64,000 nucleotides of DNA, taken from Candidatus Dojkabacteria bacterium. GTDB taxonomy: Bacteria > Patescibacteriota > Dojkabacteria > JAOAGR01. Made by a program: the position numbers and the translations under genes. The notes beneath the pieces were generated by a model. It did no database searches. It worked only from the letters and a program-made list of their open reading frames with translations, and was not told where the DNA came from. Location: contig JAOAGR010000002.1 in assembly GCA_026415655.1 (NCBI GenBank), positions 64,094-128,093 on the forward strand. Reading direction: 5' to 3'. Below are positions 17,461-27,513 of this stretch, piece by piece (within the stretch, counting starts at the first letter, position 1; each line of letters begins with the position of its first letter).

Positions 17461-18153
17461 ATGGTTTTTAAAATATTAACAATTTTTCCCGAGTTTTATG
17501 AGAGTGTCTTAAAAACTTCTTTACTTGGGAAAAGTATTCAAAAAGGGATTATCAAAATAGAGATCTATAATCTGCGAAGTTGGTCTACTGATAGATCAAT
17601 ACATAAAAAAGTCGATGATAGACCTTATGGTGGTGGTCCAGGGATGATAATGATGATAGAACCTGTTTATAGAGCTCTTAAAGATATACAAAATCAGGAT
17701 CTTAAAAAACAAAAAAAAAGCTGTGTCATAATATTCTCTCCAAAAGGACAGGAGTACAATCAGACCTTTGCATATCATCTAAAAGATAAATATGACGAGA
17801 TAATAATGGTATGTCCACATTATGAAGGATTTGATGAGAGGATTATGTATTTTGCTGACTATGAGATTTCTATAGGAAAATATGTCCTCAGTGGAGGAGA
17901 TATACCTGCTTTGGTTGTTTTAGATAGTGTAGCGAGACTTATACCTGGATTTATGAAAAATCCGGAGTCAATCGTGGATGAATCTTATTCTATAGGGCAG
18001 GGTGAAGATGATTTGACAGAGTATCCCCAATATACTCGTCCTGCAATATTTAGATTAGATGATGGTACTGAGTTAAAAGTACCTGAAATATTACTATCTG
18101 GTGATCATGAAAGAATTAAAAAATGGCGTGAAGGACAAAAAAAGAAGATATAA
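17461..18153 (+). CDS. trmD: tRNA (guanine37-N1)-methyltransferase
   Basis: 'MVFKILTIFPEFYESVLKTSLLGKS' and 'VDDRPYGGGPGMIMMIEPV' are TrmD SPOUT-fold signatures. Confidence 0.9.
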   Translation: MVFKILTIFPEFYESVLKTSLLGKSIQKGIIKIEIYNLRSWSTDRSIHKKVDDRPYGGGPGMIMMIEPVYRALKDIQNQDLKKQKKSCVIIFSPKGQEYNQTFAYHLKDKYDEIIMVCPHYEGFDERIMYFADYEISIGKYVLSGGDIPALVVLDSVARLIPGFMKNPESIVDESYSIGQGEDDLTEYPQYTRPAIFRLDDGTELKVPEILLSGDHERIKKWREGQKKKI

Positions 18154-18207
18154 TGTCATGATTAGTTGTAATAATGGTGACATACTGATTATAATTGATT
18201 CGCTTTT

Positions 18208-19305
18208 ATGGAGTTGATGGAAGAATCTAAAAAGATTGATTTAACTGATGCACAATTAAGCATTTTAAACTTAAATGATGTAATAAATTACATTTTAGGC
18301 AAAAAAGATTACATTATTAATTATGAACGTAATTTGATATCTAAATCAGAAGAAGATGTAGAAAGAGAATTAAGTTTGTTAGAGTCTTTAAGCTATTTAC
18401 ACAATGAATTTTCACATTTAAGAGATAAAACTGTCGTTATTATACCGCCAAAATATGAGCTTTGGGTTTATCTCTGTTTCTCTTTTGTTTTGTTATTTAG
18501 TGGTCTAAAAGTTGTATTTGTATATCACGATTGGGCTTCAGAAGTGATAAAAGGAATTTTTATTGCTGTTGGTGATAAAAACGTAATTTTTAACAATCTC
18601 CAATATGTTCACATCGACAATGTCAAAGATCAAAGTTGGTCTGATCATATAATCTTAAACTTTTACGATGATATTGATAACATAAATAAGAATGTTCCTA
18701 ATTTCTCCACAGGGGTAATATGTCATGATGTAGATTTAGATTATACAATAAATTATGTTTTATCTAGTGTTAAATATTTTGCAGGATTATCAAAAAGTAG
18801 TTTAAAAAGGCTGATTGTCAATTCTAGTATTTATGATGAATTTTTATCTAGAATGAGATCTAAATTCAATCTGCTTACTGGTAGTGTAAAGTCTAAAGTT
18901 ATTTCAAAAAATTTTAAGGATACTATTAATGAATTATATTCAAGTGCAATAGCTGATGGCGCAGATATACTTATAGGAGGAAATATCTACTCGGATGATT
19001 TAGAGATGACAGTATTTACTGATGTAAATATGGATATGCGGATCTATCAAAAAGATTTCTTTGGACCGTTTTTATTGATATTAAAAACAGAAAGCACAGA
19101 CTCTGATATCGAATCACTACTTAGTTTACAACCATCAGATGGTATTCTTCTTTTTACCAAAGATACTTGTAGTTTTGTAGATAATTTACCCGATCAACAA
19201 AACAAGTATAAATTCCTAAAAAGACCAAATAAATTTGATCTGCCATTACATGATCTTTTAGATGCCTATCCTTCTTTGGAATATGCTCTGAAACTTATTT
19301 CTTGA
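18208..19305 (+). CDS. Divergent aldehyde-dehydrogenase-superfamily-like protein (possibly non-catalytic)
   Basis: 'GADILIGG', 'EMTVFTDVNMDMRIYQKDFFGP' and 'ILKTESTDSDIE' resemble the ALDH C-terminal half (GA.ll.GG; PTV..dv...m.i..eEiFGPV). The protein is only 365 aa and I do not see the canonical Cys/Glu catalytic context. Confidence 0.4.
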   Translation: MELMEESKKIDLTDAQLSILNLNDVINYILGKKDYIINYERNLISKSEEDVERELSLLESLSYLHNEFSHLRDKTVVIIPPKYELWVYLCFSFVLLFSGLKVVFVYHDWASEVIKGIFIAVGDKNVIFNNLQYVHIDNVKDQSWSDHIILNFYDDIDNINKNVPNFSTGVICHDVDLDYTINYVLSSVKYFAGLSKSSLKRLIVNSSIYDEFLSRMRSKFNLLTGSVKSKVISKNFKDTINELYSSAIADGADILIGGNIYSDDLEMTVFTDVNMDMRIYQKDFFGPFLLILKTESTDSDIESLLSLQPSDGILLFTKDTCSFVDNLPDQQNKYKFLKRPNKFDLPLHDLLDAYPSLEYALKLIS

Positions 19306-19567
19306 TAACTCTAGGTACTTGGATATATGTACCTTTCATTTGAGGGAATAACTTACTGGATATGGGTCTGTCTTCTCTGAGCTTTGGTAGTCTTACGCGC
19401 TTTCTGTCCAAATCAGAGTTATGTTGATTTAATTTAAAGTTTTTTATCTTATCAAACATGTTTAAAATATTGTTGATGTCAGCTGTGTAGCGTTTAACAT
19501 CGGTAACTCGAATCTTTACTGCATTTAATATCTGATTAAGTTTATTTATATCTATATTTTCTTTCAT
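19295..19567 (-). CDS. Hypothetical small basic protein
   Basis: 90 aa. Overlaps the upstream gene by 4 bp (operonic). No motif recognised. Confidence 0.35.
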   Translation of the reverse strand: MKENIDINKLNQILNAVKIRVTDVKRYTADINNILNMFDKIKNFKLNQHNSDLDRKRVRLPKLREDRPISSKLFPQMKGTYIQVPRVIKK

Positions 19568-20817
19568 ACCTGATATGAATCTGGACTTAATGCCTTTATG
19601 TAGTATATCATTTCTAGAGTACCTAGGTTAGTCTCGGCTTCGCAAATAAATACATAAATTGGATGGATGTATTTCGTATTGGTTATGTCTTCGTAAAAAT
19701 CCAATCTAACACGAAAGACGCCAATAGTTTTTATTTCTTTCAAGTCATCAGAATTTATCTCTGTGTTTGTTTGTTTATTTTTGATTGCAACAACGTATTT
19801 ATCAAAATTTTTTACTAAATCATCATATGCAGCACGTGGCACGATGATACGATAAGTTTGTACATCTTTACTATCTGATTTTATGTCTGATTCATTAATA
19901 GGCCAATTGTGATAGTACATTTCCACGAGATTTGTAGTTATATCTGTACTGTTATTGACTTGTGAAAGAGTAGTAAGCACCAAATAATTTGTACCACCAT
20001 AATAATCCGTATACGCTGCTAAAGCTGGAGCAGGTTTTTCCAAGGCGAGTTTGCTATTAGTTTGATATTTACGTATTGCAGTGATACGATAAAAAACAGT
20101 CTTATTGCTATTTACATCACTATTTAAAATAAATTTTTGAGTTTTCTCATCCCAGATTACAGTATTTACGACAAAGTTATATTCATCTAATTTTTGAGAT
20201 ATGCCTGATTTTGCAAGATAAGCTTCGAATAGACTTTTTAGATTTTCAGATCGTGTTGTATTTGTACCTTCTGTAACAAGAAAACTATCAGGATTTGAGG
20301 TAAATTTATCCCTTAGTTCGTAATTTTTATATCTAATAACAGAATACTTGCCATCTACGTACAATTCTATGTTATCTTTTCTCCATCTGTAGACACTATT
20401 TCCATCAATCAGAGTTTGAGTGCCATCTGATATTTTGAGGTTTTCGGCAATTCGTATGGGTAGAGTTGATGTGTTGATATCTTCTGCTTTTTGTTCGATA
20501 AGAAAGACATTTGCCAAAGCACCAACCTCATATTCTTTTGGATATTGATTGTCTGCGTCAAGATTACCACTTATTGTGTTTATTGAAAAACGTGGGGTAG
20601 AGTTTTTTATCTCAGAAGGTAATTGTAAATATCTTATTTGTATGTTGTTAAGTGGACCAAAACCATACTCAGGTTTATTATCTAGCACTGTTTCGTTGAC
20701 ACGAGTAAATCTTGTGACGATAGTATAATAGGTCAAAAAACCACAACCTATAAATAGTAATATAGATAATGCTACAAAAATCCTTTTCGTGATAAATATG
20801 CTTTTATACAGGGTCAT
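19564..20817 (-). CDS. Hypothetical membrane-anchored extracytoplasmic protein
   Basis: 417 aa with an N-terminal TM segment (IFVALSILLFIGCGFLTYYTIV) and a hydrophilic Asn/Thr-rich remainder. Confidence 0.5.
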   Translation of the reverse strand: MTLYKSIFITKRIFVALSILLFIGCGFLTYYTIVTRFTRVNETVLDNKPEYGFGPLNNIQIRYLQLPSEIKNSTPRFSINTISGNLDADNQYPKEYEVGALANVFLIEQKAEDINTSTLPIRIAENLKISDGTQTLIDGNSVYRWRKDNIELYVDGKYSVIRYKNYELRDKFTSNPDSFLVTEGTNTTRSENLKSLFEAYLAKSGISQKLDEYNFVVNTVIWDEKTQKFILNSDVNSNKTVFYRITAIRKYQTNSKLALEKPAPALAAYTDYYGGTNYLVLTTLSQVNNSTDITTNLVEMYYHNWPINESDIKSDSKDVQTYRIIVPRAAYDDLVKNFDKYVVAIKNKQTNTEINSDDLKEIKTIGVFRVRLDFYEDITNTKYIHPIYVFICEAETNLGTLEMIYYIKALSPDSYQV

Positions 20818-20905
20818 AAATTTATTTTAGCATAAAGAAATAAGAGTACTTTTGTAAAGATTTTTTGAATCTTCGTAATTAGTATTATATTATCATAGTT
20901 AGTTT

Positions 20906-22585
20906 TTGATAATGAGGTTAAAGGATAGATTAAAAAAAGGTATACCTGATAAGCAAGACGATAAGATGTTTGGTCACAACCAGCCTGTTAAAGTAGTTGA
21001 AATAGCGAAAAAGAATAACAACTTAGATTCTTCTGTGTTTGATACATCAGATAAGGTTCATGACAAAGAGATAAGTATTAATATTCGAGGAAAATCAACA
21101 AGGGTAGATTCATCGAAAAATAAAGGGAGAAATAGAAAAAGGTATATATTTAGAATCATTGCGCTGTTTATAATATTGGCTGTTCTCTCAGTACTTTTTT
21201 ATTATATAAACACTATATTTGTAACGTTGAACAAGTCAGGTATATCTATTAGTCCAACTGATAGTATTGGTATATTGTTCAATCTTGCGAACCAACAAAA
21301 GGTGGATGTCTTAAAAGATATAAAGCAAACTGATGGAAAAACTAACTTTTTGTTAATTGGGGTAGATGCTAGGAAAGGCTTCAGTTCTTTGTTAACTGAT
21401 TCTATTATGATATTTTCTTATGATCACAGTACAAATTCTGTTTTACAGATATCCCTACCACGAGATCTTCGAGCGAAGTATGGTTCTGGATTTACAAAGA
21501 TAAACTCTGTGTTTCCATTTTCATACAGTAACGAGTTATCCAGATCTGCTGATGTTAATAAGGCATATGAAAAAGCATTTGAAAATCTTTCTATTTCAAT
21601 AAAAGATATAACAGGTCTAGAGATTCACTATGGGATGTTGATAAATTTTCGAGGGTTTGTTGATTTTATTGATTCTATTGGTGGGGTAGAGATATTTGTT
21701 GAGAGATCGTTTACAGATTATGATTACCCTTCACCTTATGGAGATGGGACTATTACTATTTATTTTAACCAAGGATGGCAAAAAATGGATGGAGAAAGGG
21801 CTCTCATCTATGCACGCTCACGCAAAGGTGATAATGGTGAGGGCTCGGATTACCAAAGAGCCAGAAGGCAACAAAAGGTTGTCCAAGCGGTAATAGATAA
21901 AATTAGAAAAAATGACATTTTTTCTAATATAAATGCTATAAATGATATATTAAATATTTTCGGCGATAACATAAGATTTTATCAGGTAGATAAGACTTTG
22001 CTTGAAAAAGCATTTTCTGCGAAGGATCTTTTAATAAATGTATTTATTGAAAGTATAGTAATCGATCCAGATATCGGTAGTTTTCCTGGACAAGTGTTAA
22101 AAACGAGTACCGATGATATTATTGGTTTTCATGTATATCCAGTATCTGGAGATTATAAAGATGTAAGATATATTATTCGTTTTTTCCAATCAAATTCAGG
22201 TTTGCTTAGAGAAAATCCCAAGATAACTCTCATTTATAATGATAATAAACTTGTAAATGATTATTTAAAAATCAAACAAAATTTGTTTTCTAAATTTATA
22301 AAGTTTGATTTTTTTGATTATCCTGTTAAAACCAAGTTAGAAGATTTTACTACAGAAACAGATAATACTTTGACTCAATCACCATCAATTGTTGATAACG
22401 GTGGCGTTCAGTACTCCTCGGATTTGTATTTTATATACAAAAAAAATACGGATAAAACGAAAACAATAGAAGTATATCGTAAGCTTTTGGATGAGATGAA
22501 TCTAGATTATCAAATCATTCAGTCTGGTGAATTTCCTGATACTTATTTAGATTCTGATGTTGTGATCTGTTATTGTTCAATGTAA
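20906..22585 (+). CDS. LytR-CpsA-Psr (LCP) family cell-envelope phosphotransferase
   Basis: N-terminal TM segment, then 'KTNFLLIGVDARKGFSSLLTDSIMIFSYDHSTNSVLQISLPRDL...FTKINSVF', the LCP core. Confidence 0.75.
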   Translation: MIMRLKDRLKKGIPDKQDDKMFGHNQPVKVVEIAKKNNNLDSSVFDTSDKVHDKEISINIRGKSTRVDSSKNKGRNRKRYIFRIIALFIILAVLSVLFYYINTIFVTLNKSGISISPTDSIGILFNLANQQKVDVLKDIKQTDGKTNFLLIGVDARKGFSSLLTDSIMIFSYDHSTNSVLQISLPRDLRAKYGSGFTKINSVFPFSYSNELSRSADVNKAYEKAFENLSISIKDITGLEIHYGMLINFRGFVDFIDSIGGVEIFVERSFTDYDYPSPYGDGTITIYFNQGWQKMDGERALIYARSRKGDNGEGSDYQRARRQQKVVQAVIDKIRKNDIFSNINAINDILNIFGDNIRFYQVDKTLLEKAFSAKDLLINVFIESIVIDPDIGSFPGQVLKTSTDDIIGFHVYPVSGDYKDVRYIIRFFQSNSGLLRENPKITLIYNDNKLVNDYLKIKQNLFSKFIKFDFFDYPVKTKLEDFTTETDNTLTQSPSIVDNGGVQYSSDLYFIYKKNTDKTKTIEVYRKLLDEMNLDYQIIQSGEFPDTYLDSDVVICYCSM

Positions 22586-22637
22586 ATATTACGTTGTTAA
22601 TATTTTTATTTGATTTTGCTAATATGAAATAAAATAT

Positions 22638-23867
22638 ATGAGAATAAAATCCGTCAAAGCTAGACAAATACTAAATTCAAAAGGTCATCCTACACTTGAA
22701 GTCGAGATATCGACTAATAGATATACAGCATATTCATCTGTACCTACTGTATCGTCTAAAAGCAAGTATGAATATGTGGATATATATGATCATGATGTGC
22801 TCAAATTTGATGGTGATACACTTTCAGTAGTTGTAAGGAATATAGAAACGGTTGTTGCAAATGAATTGAAAGGTAAAAATGTACTGGATCAGGAGAGTAT
22901 AGATAATTTACTTTTGGATATAGATGCTACATATGATAGAAGCAAACTGGGTATAAGTGCTATTACATCAATATCTCAATGTGTAGCGAAACTTGGTGCG
23001 TTAGAATCAGAGATGCCTCTTTATAAATATATACGCGTTTTGTACGAGTTTGGTGATGAAAGTGTGATAAAACTTCATTCTGAATATAATATGCCATTGC
23101 CTGTTATCACTATACTCAAAAGCGGTGCTCATAACAGACAAAATAGTCTGCCTTTTCAGGAGATAATGCTTCTACCACGTAGTGATTTTCGTTATAGTGA
23201 AATAATTGATGTCTATAATGCTCTTAGAAGTCTTGATCTTATTGATAAACCTAAGTCATTTCTTGAACTACTGGATAGCGTTAATAAATTTATCAAAAAG
23301 TCAAAGTATAGATTTTATTTTGGGATAGATTTTAGCGCTTCTAGATATAAAGACACTGATACTGGCGAGTACATCCTACCAAATTTTTACTCAAAAGGTG
23401 AATTTTATAGAGCTGATACAAAAAAGATGGTGAAGCTTTATAAAGATTTGTTAGGTCGTTATGAGGCATTAGTTTTTTTGGAGGATGTATTTGATGAAGA
23501 TGATTTTGCATCGTGGAAAGAGACCCATAATCTGATAGAGTATAATCCGTCAGCGGTACAAATAGTCTCAGATGACCTAACAGCAGGCAATATAGAAAGA
23601 CTAGAAAAGGTTGGTATATTAGAGGTTGCTAATAATATAGTGCTGAAGCCAACACAGGTAGGTACAGTAACCGAAATGATAAGATTTGCATCGCGAGTGA
23701 AAAGATATAATCTTGGTCTCACAGTATCTTATCGAAGTGGAGAAACAGAGGATACATTTATATCAGATTTAGCGGTAGGAGTAGGAGCGGAGTTTATAAG
23801 GGTAGGATCTTATATAGGAAGTGAGTGTAATAGTAAAATAAATAGATTGTTGCAGATGGATGTATAA
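22638..23867 (+). CDS. eno: Enolase-superfamily protein, a divergent enolase homolog
   Basis: 'IKSVKARQILNSKGHPTLEVEI' resembles (ARE)ILDSRGNPTVEV. 'IEDVFDEDDFASW', 'VSDDLTAGN', 'NNIVLKPTQVGTVTE' and 'SYRSGETEDTFISDLAVG' match the enolase core. Tyr replaces the catalytic His of SHRSGETED and Arg the Lys of 'IKTG'. Confidence 0.75.
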   Translation: MRIKSVKARQILNSKGHPTLEVEISTNRYTAYSSVPTVSSKSKYEYVDIYDHDVLKFDGDTLSVVVRNIETVVANELKGKNVLDQESIDNLLLDIDATYDRSKLGISAITSISQCVAKLGALESEMPLYKYIRVLYEFGDESVIKLHSEYNMPLPVITILKSGAHNRQNSLPFQEIMLLPRSDFRYSEIIDVYNALRSLDLIDKPKSFLELLDSVNKFIKKSKYRFYFGIDFSASRYKDTDTGEYILPNFYSKGEFYRADTKKMVKLYKDLLGRYEALVFLEDVFDEDDFASWKETHNLIEYNPSAVQIVSDDLTAGNIERLEKVGILEVANNIVLKPTQVGTVTEMIRFASRVKRYNLGLTVSYRSGETEDTFISDLAVGVGAEFIRVGSYIGSECNSKINRLLQMDV

Positions 23868-24405
23868 GTTCTATTAACTTGAACTAACTCATTCATGGAT
23901 ACAAAAGAAGAACCATTCTGAAAAGACTAAACAAGCAGATATATACAATGGTATGCAAGTACTAGTAATACAATCGAATACAAGATGAGACAATCGACAG
24001 AATAACAGATACAAAAGAGATCCAAAACATATGTATGTTATTTTACTTTGTTTCTTAATATTTATATGAATCTATTTTGCTGTTTGTCCATTTTTTATGG
24101 AAACTGAACAAAGTACATTTTAAGCGTTTTGTTATGAAAGGTGCTAGTTATAAAGAACTTATCTTTAGGGTGAATATAAATCACACTTTGGCATTTAACA
24201 TGAGTATGTTAATTTAGTATTTAGTCTTTTTGTAGGGAATTTGTTGGAATAGTTAAAATAGATATCCTGAACCTCTATGGGTTGTATAAATATTGAGATA
24301 CAATTATACCTTATAAAGATTAATATATAAAGTATATAATGTCTATGCTATTTACGTACATATTAGGATTGACATATTGATAATCTTTGATATAATTTAT
24401 GAGTT

Positions 24406-24771
24406 ATGGGATTATCGAATTGCCTAATCCCAAGAAATATAATTAAATCATTACTTACTGTTGCATGCGTAGGTGTTTTATCCTTAAGTGGATGTGGTGG
24501 TCCTGACATGTCTAAGCCAAATGGTCCACAAAATAATGGTGGTGTTCAGCGACCTGTACCTACTCTGACTGCAGACGAAATAATTCGAATGTTAGAAACA
24601 GATCCCACATTTGCAGAGCGTGTTCTATGTGAGGTTGATAAAAAGCAGTCAAATGTCCTACATTGTAAGGATCCAAAGACTAATACCGAATTTACTGTGG
24701 TGGGGTTGTATGCTGGCGAGAATGGGCGCGTGGGACCGATAGACTTTAAACCATCAACACCAGGTCGGTAA
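24406..24771 (+). CDS. Small lipoprotein, hypothetical
   Basis: 121 aa. Lipobox 'LSLSGCGG'. Local GC is raised relative to the flanks. Confidence 0.5.
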   Translation: MGLSNCLIPRNIIKSLLTVACVGVLSLSGCGGPDMSKPNGPQNNGGVQRPVPTLTADEIIRMLETDPTFAERVLCEVDKKQSNVLHCKDPKTNTEFTVVGLYAGENGRVGPIDFKPSTPGR

Positions 24772-25093
24772 TAAAATATATAGATAGTATTACCTTTTTA
24801 ATTTTTATTTGATAAAATTTATTTGTTTTCTTAGTATGTTGATATAAGTATGATTTTGTTAAACATTAAATACTTAAATGAATTTAATATTTGATATATA
24901 AGAAGCAGAATCTTAAAATAGTTACAAATTAATTTTTGCACATATTTTGTCAGAATTACATTTTTTGTGTGGTGCAAATAAGCATGGATTTGTATACATA
25001 TAAGACCGACAAACACCTTTATATTAAAAGTAGAGATACTTATCTCATGGCATAAGAATATTTAATTCTTATATAATTGTACTATAACAAATT

Positions 25094-25405
25094 GTGGTAT
25101 CATATCGGCGTACCGAAAAAGTTATTCAACATTTTTCTATTGCAGCATTGTTTCTTTTATTATCGGCATGTGGTGGTATGAATGAACAAAATAGTAGTAA
25201 TAGGGCTGTTGTGGTGGATACAAAAAGTTCAATAGCGACGGAGTGCGAAACAGTTTATCAGGGTGGACAGAGGTGTTACGATGTATGTTGCCCAATGGTA
25301 ATAAGGTTAATTATACACTTTGGGTTACTCAAGGTCACAGTACTGGTAAATAATATATATTTTTGTTATTTTAGAAGGAATATACTCAATTTTACAGAGA
25401 GTTGA
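25094..25405 (+). CDS. Small putative lipoprotein, hypothetical
   Basis: 103 aa. 'LFLLLSACGG' lipobox-like signal. Cys-rich (CETVYQGGQRCYDVCCP). Confidence 0.4.
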   Translation: MVSYRRTEKVIQHFSIAALFLLLSACGGMNEQNSSNRAVVVDTKSSIATECETVYQGGQRCYDVCCPMVIRLIIHFGLLKVTVLVNNIYFCYFRRNILNFTES

Positions 25406-25524
25406 TGCAGTTATATGTTAGTACTGAGGTATTACATACAATTACGATAGAAAATCATTATAAATTTGATACATTACACGTAAATTATTGACGGAATTAT
25501 GTATAGAATGTAAAATTCCTAATT

Positions 25525-25923
25525 ATGCTTATTAAAAAGGTAAACAAGATAAATTTAAGAAGAAATGTTATTATAATTAGTTTTATTTCTCTTTTTTTGG
25601 GTATTTCCATAATCAGTCTATTGAATAATAACTCCCAGACATTAGCTATGATGTCAAATCCGGTTGATAATAGAAAGCCTATTCCATCACCTACACATAC
25701 GTCAAGACCATCACCTACACCCACTCCAACGTCTAAGCCAACCCCGACATTTAGACCGAATGTTGTAAAACCTACTATTGTAAAGCCCACAACCGCAAGG
25801 CCTACGCCTAAACCCTCGCCAAGACCGACGCGTAAACCTTACCGTACGAGTGATATATTTATGGATACTAAAGATGCAAAGATTGCGAAAATCACTGTAA
25901 ATAATACAAATATTGTAATATAG
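25525..25923 (+). CDS. Secreted Pro/Thr-rich low-complexity protein
   Basis: 132 aa. N-terminal signal/anchor followed by 'PSPTHTSRPSPTPTPTSKPTPTFRPNVVKPTIVKPTTARPTPKPSPRPTRKP'. The opposite-strand ORFs here are artefacts of the GC-rich repeat. Confidence 0.5.
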   Translation: MLIKKVNKINLRRNVIIISFISLFLGISIISLLNNNSQTLAMMSNPVDNRKPIPSPTHTSRPSPTPTPTSKPTPTFRPNVVKPTIVKPTTARPTPKPSPRPTRKPYRTSDIFMDTKDAKIAKITVNNTNIVI

Positions 25924-26391
25924 TTTTATATAACAATTTTCTTGTTTTGATAACATTAATAATAATTTTGTAATTAGTTAAGTTTTAAAGATTTATCGGG
26001 AGCTTTTGTGCAGATAGTGTACAAATAGTAAATTATAGATTCACAAGTAGAGAATCAATATGTGTTATTAGCAGCGTAAATAGGTACACATTTAGTGATA
26101 AAAATTTTTATCTTTGTCTATATAGAGTATATTTTGTTACATAATCTTCTTTTTATTTGTTATTTTGAGAGAAATGAAAAATAGTCCAAATGATAAAGTC
26201 GTGAGAATTCATATAAGAAAATATTTTCTAAATCATGTTGTTATTTGTATTCAATCTAATAATTTATTACATTTTTTAGGTTGACAATGCTAGAAAAATA
26301 CGTAATATAAAATTCCCATTTGATTTTTTTCAGATGTTTATTTTTATTAATTTTTATTTTACTAGATGTAGTGAAATTTAAGACAATATAT

Positions 26392-27495
26392 TCATGTTAT
26401 ATACGGAAGTAAGAAGTTAATTATACCCTGTACACTAACAAAAATAATCACAAATGCAAATGTATATTTGAGTATATCAAATATATCTTTTGGCAGTTTT
26501 GATATATATCCTGTTGCGATGCCATAAAAGCTTATGATTGGCACCGTACCTAAAATAAATGATAATAGTATCAGTGTACTTTCTATGAAATTTGCCTTTT
26601 GTATAGCTTCTAGTTGGGCTGTTAGACTAAATGCGCATGGTATAAATAATGTTGATAATCCAAGAGAAAATGATTCTAGATTGAATTTTTTTAAAATATT
26701 GTTTGTCTTTATTTGTATTTGAGATAAGTTTATATTTGGCAAGCTTATATTTTTTGATATTTTTGAAGTCAAACTAAAATCGATTAATTTGAAAGAAAAA
26801 AGATTTAATACATCAAGGCTCAATAAAATCATGATGATGTAGACAGCAATTGAGACAATATTATAAATATTTATATCTAATCTTATAATACCGCCAAAAT
26901 ACCCAAATATTATCCCTATTATTATTGCACCTAGTATACGCGCCAGATTAAAATTGATAATTGTGTATATTGTTTGTGTTTTTGGTTTTTCGGAGATTTG
27001 TTTGTTTATAAGACTTATCAAAACCCCACCTACTGTTGATGAACATGTAGATATTGATGCGATGATACCTAAGACAAAAAATCCTAAGTAACCAAGTTGA
27101 GTCACATCAAAGTTTAATGACCCACTTATGAACTTATTCAAAAAATGTATCAATAACCCAATAAATAATGCCAAAAAAAAGCTTATTATATAAATAATAT
27201 TTTTTTTGTTTAAAGATTTATCCGGCTTATTTGTCAGTATTTTGTATCCATTTGTGGCTATCTCTTCATTTAGTTTGTCGATTATCTCATCTATAGATCT
27301 TTTAGTATTTGAAATTTTTATTTTTAATTCACCGGTTTTATAATTTAACCTTTCTGTTTCTATATCATCTTGGGATTTTAGTTTTCTTTTTATGAAACTT
27401 TCACAAGCGTGACAATGCATACCCTCAACATATAAAGTAAATTCCTGATTTTCCTTTGAGTCTTTTTGATCAGATTTACGTTTTTTCCTATTCAT
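26392..27495 (-). CDS. Heavy-metal-associated (HMA) domain fused to a polytopic membrane domain (DsbD_2/TauE-like?)
   Basis: 'LYVEGMHCHACESFIKRKL' is a GMxCxxC metal-binding motif. It is followed by at least 6 TM helices with Cys in 'ISTCSSTVGG' and 'FIPCAF'. Confidence 0.5.
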   Translation of the reverse strand: MNRKKRKSDQKDSKENQEFTLYVEGMHCHACESFIKRKLKSQDDIETERLNYKTGELKIKISNTKRSIDEIIDKLNEEIATNGYKILTNKPDKSLNKKNIIYIISFFLALFIGLLIHFLNKFISGSLNFDVTQLGYLGFFVLGIIASISTCSSTVGGVLISLINKQISEKPKTQTIYTIINFNLARILGAIIIGIIFGYFGGIIRLDINIYNIVSIAVYIIMILLSLDVLNLFSFKLIDFSLTSKISKNISLPNINLSQIQIKTNNILKKFNLESFSLGLSTLFIPCAFSLTAQLEAIQKANFIESTLILLSFILGTVPIISFYGIATGYISKLPKDIFDILKYTFAFVIIFVSVQGIINFLLPYIT

Positions 27496-27513
27496 AGGAT
27501 AAATTTACAATTT

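Noticed and set aside
25497-25956. Minus-strand ORFs 25497..25790 and 25711..25956 opposite the Pro/Thr-rich gene
   Set aside because: They are mirror-image artefacts of the CCNACN repeat (Gly/Val/Arg-rich translations). The + strand ORF has a signal peptide and is preferred.
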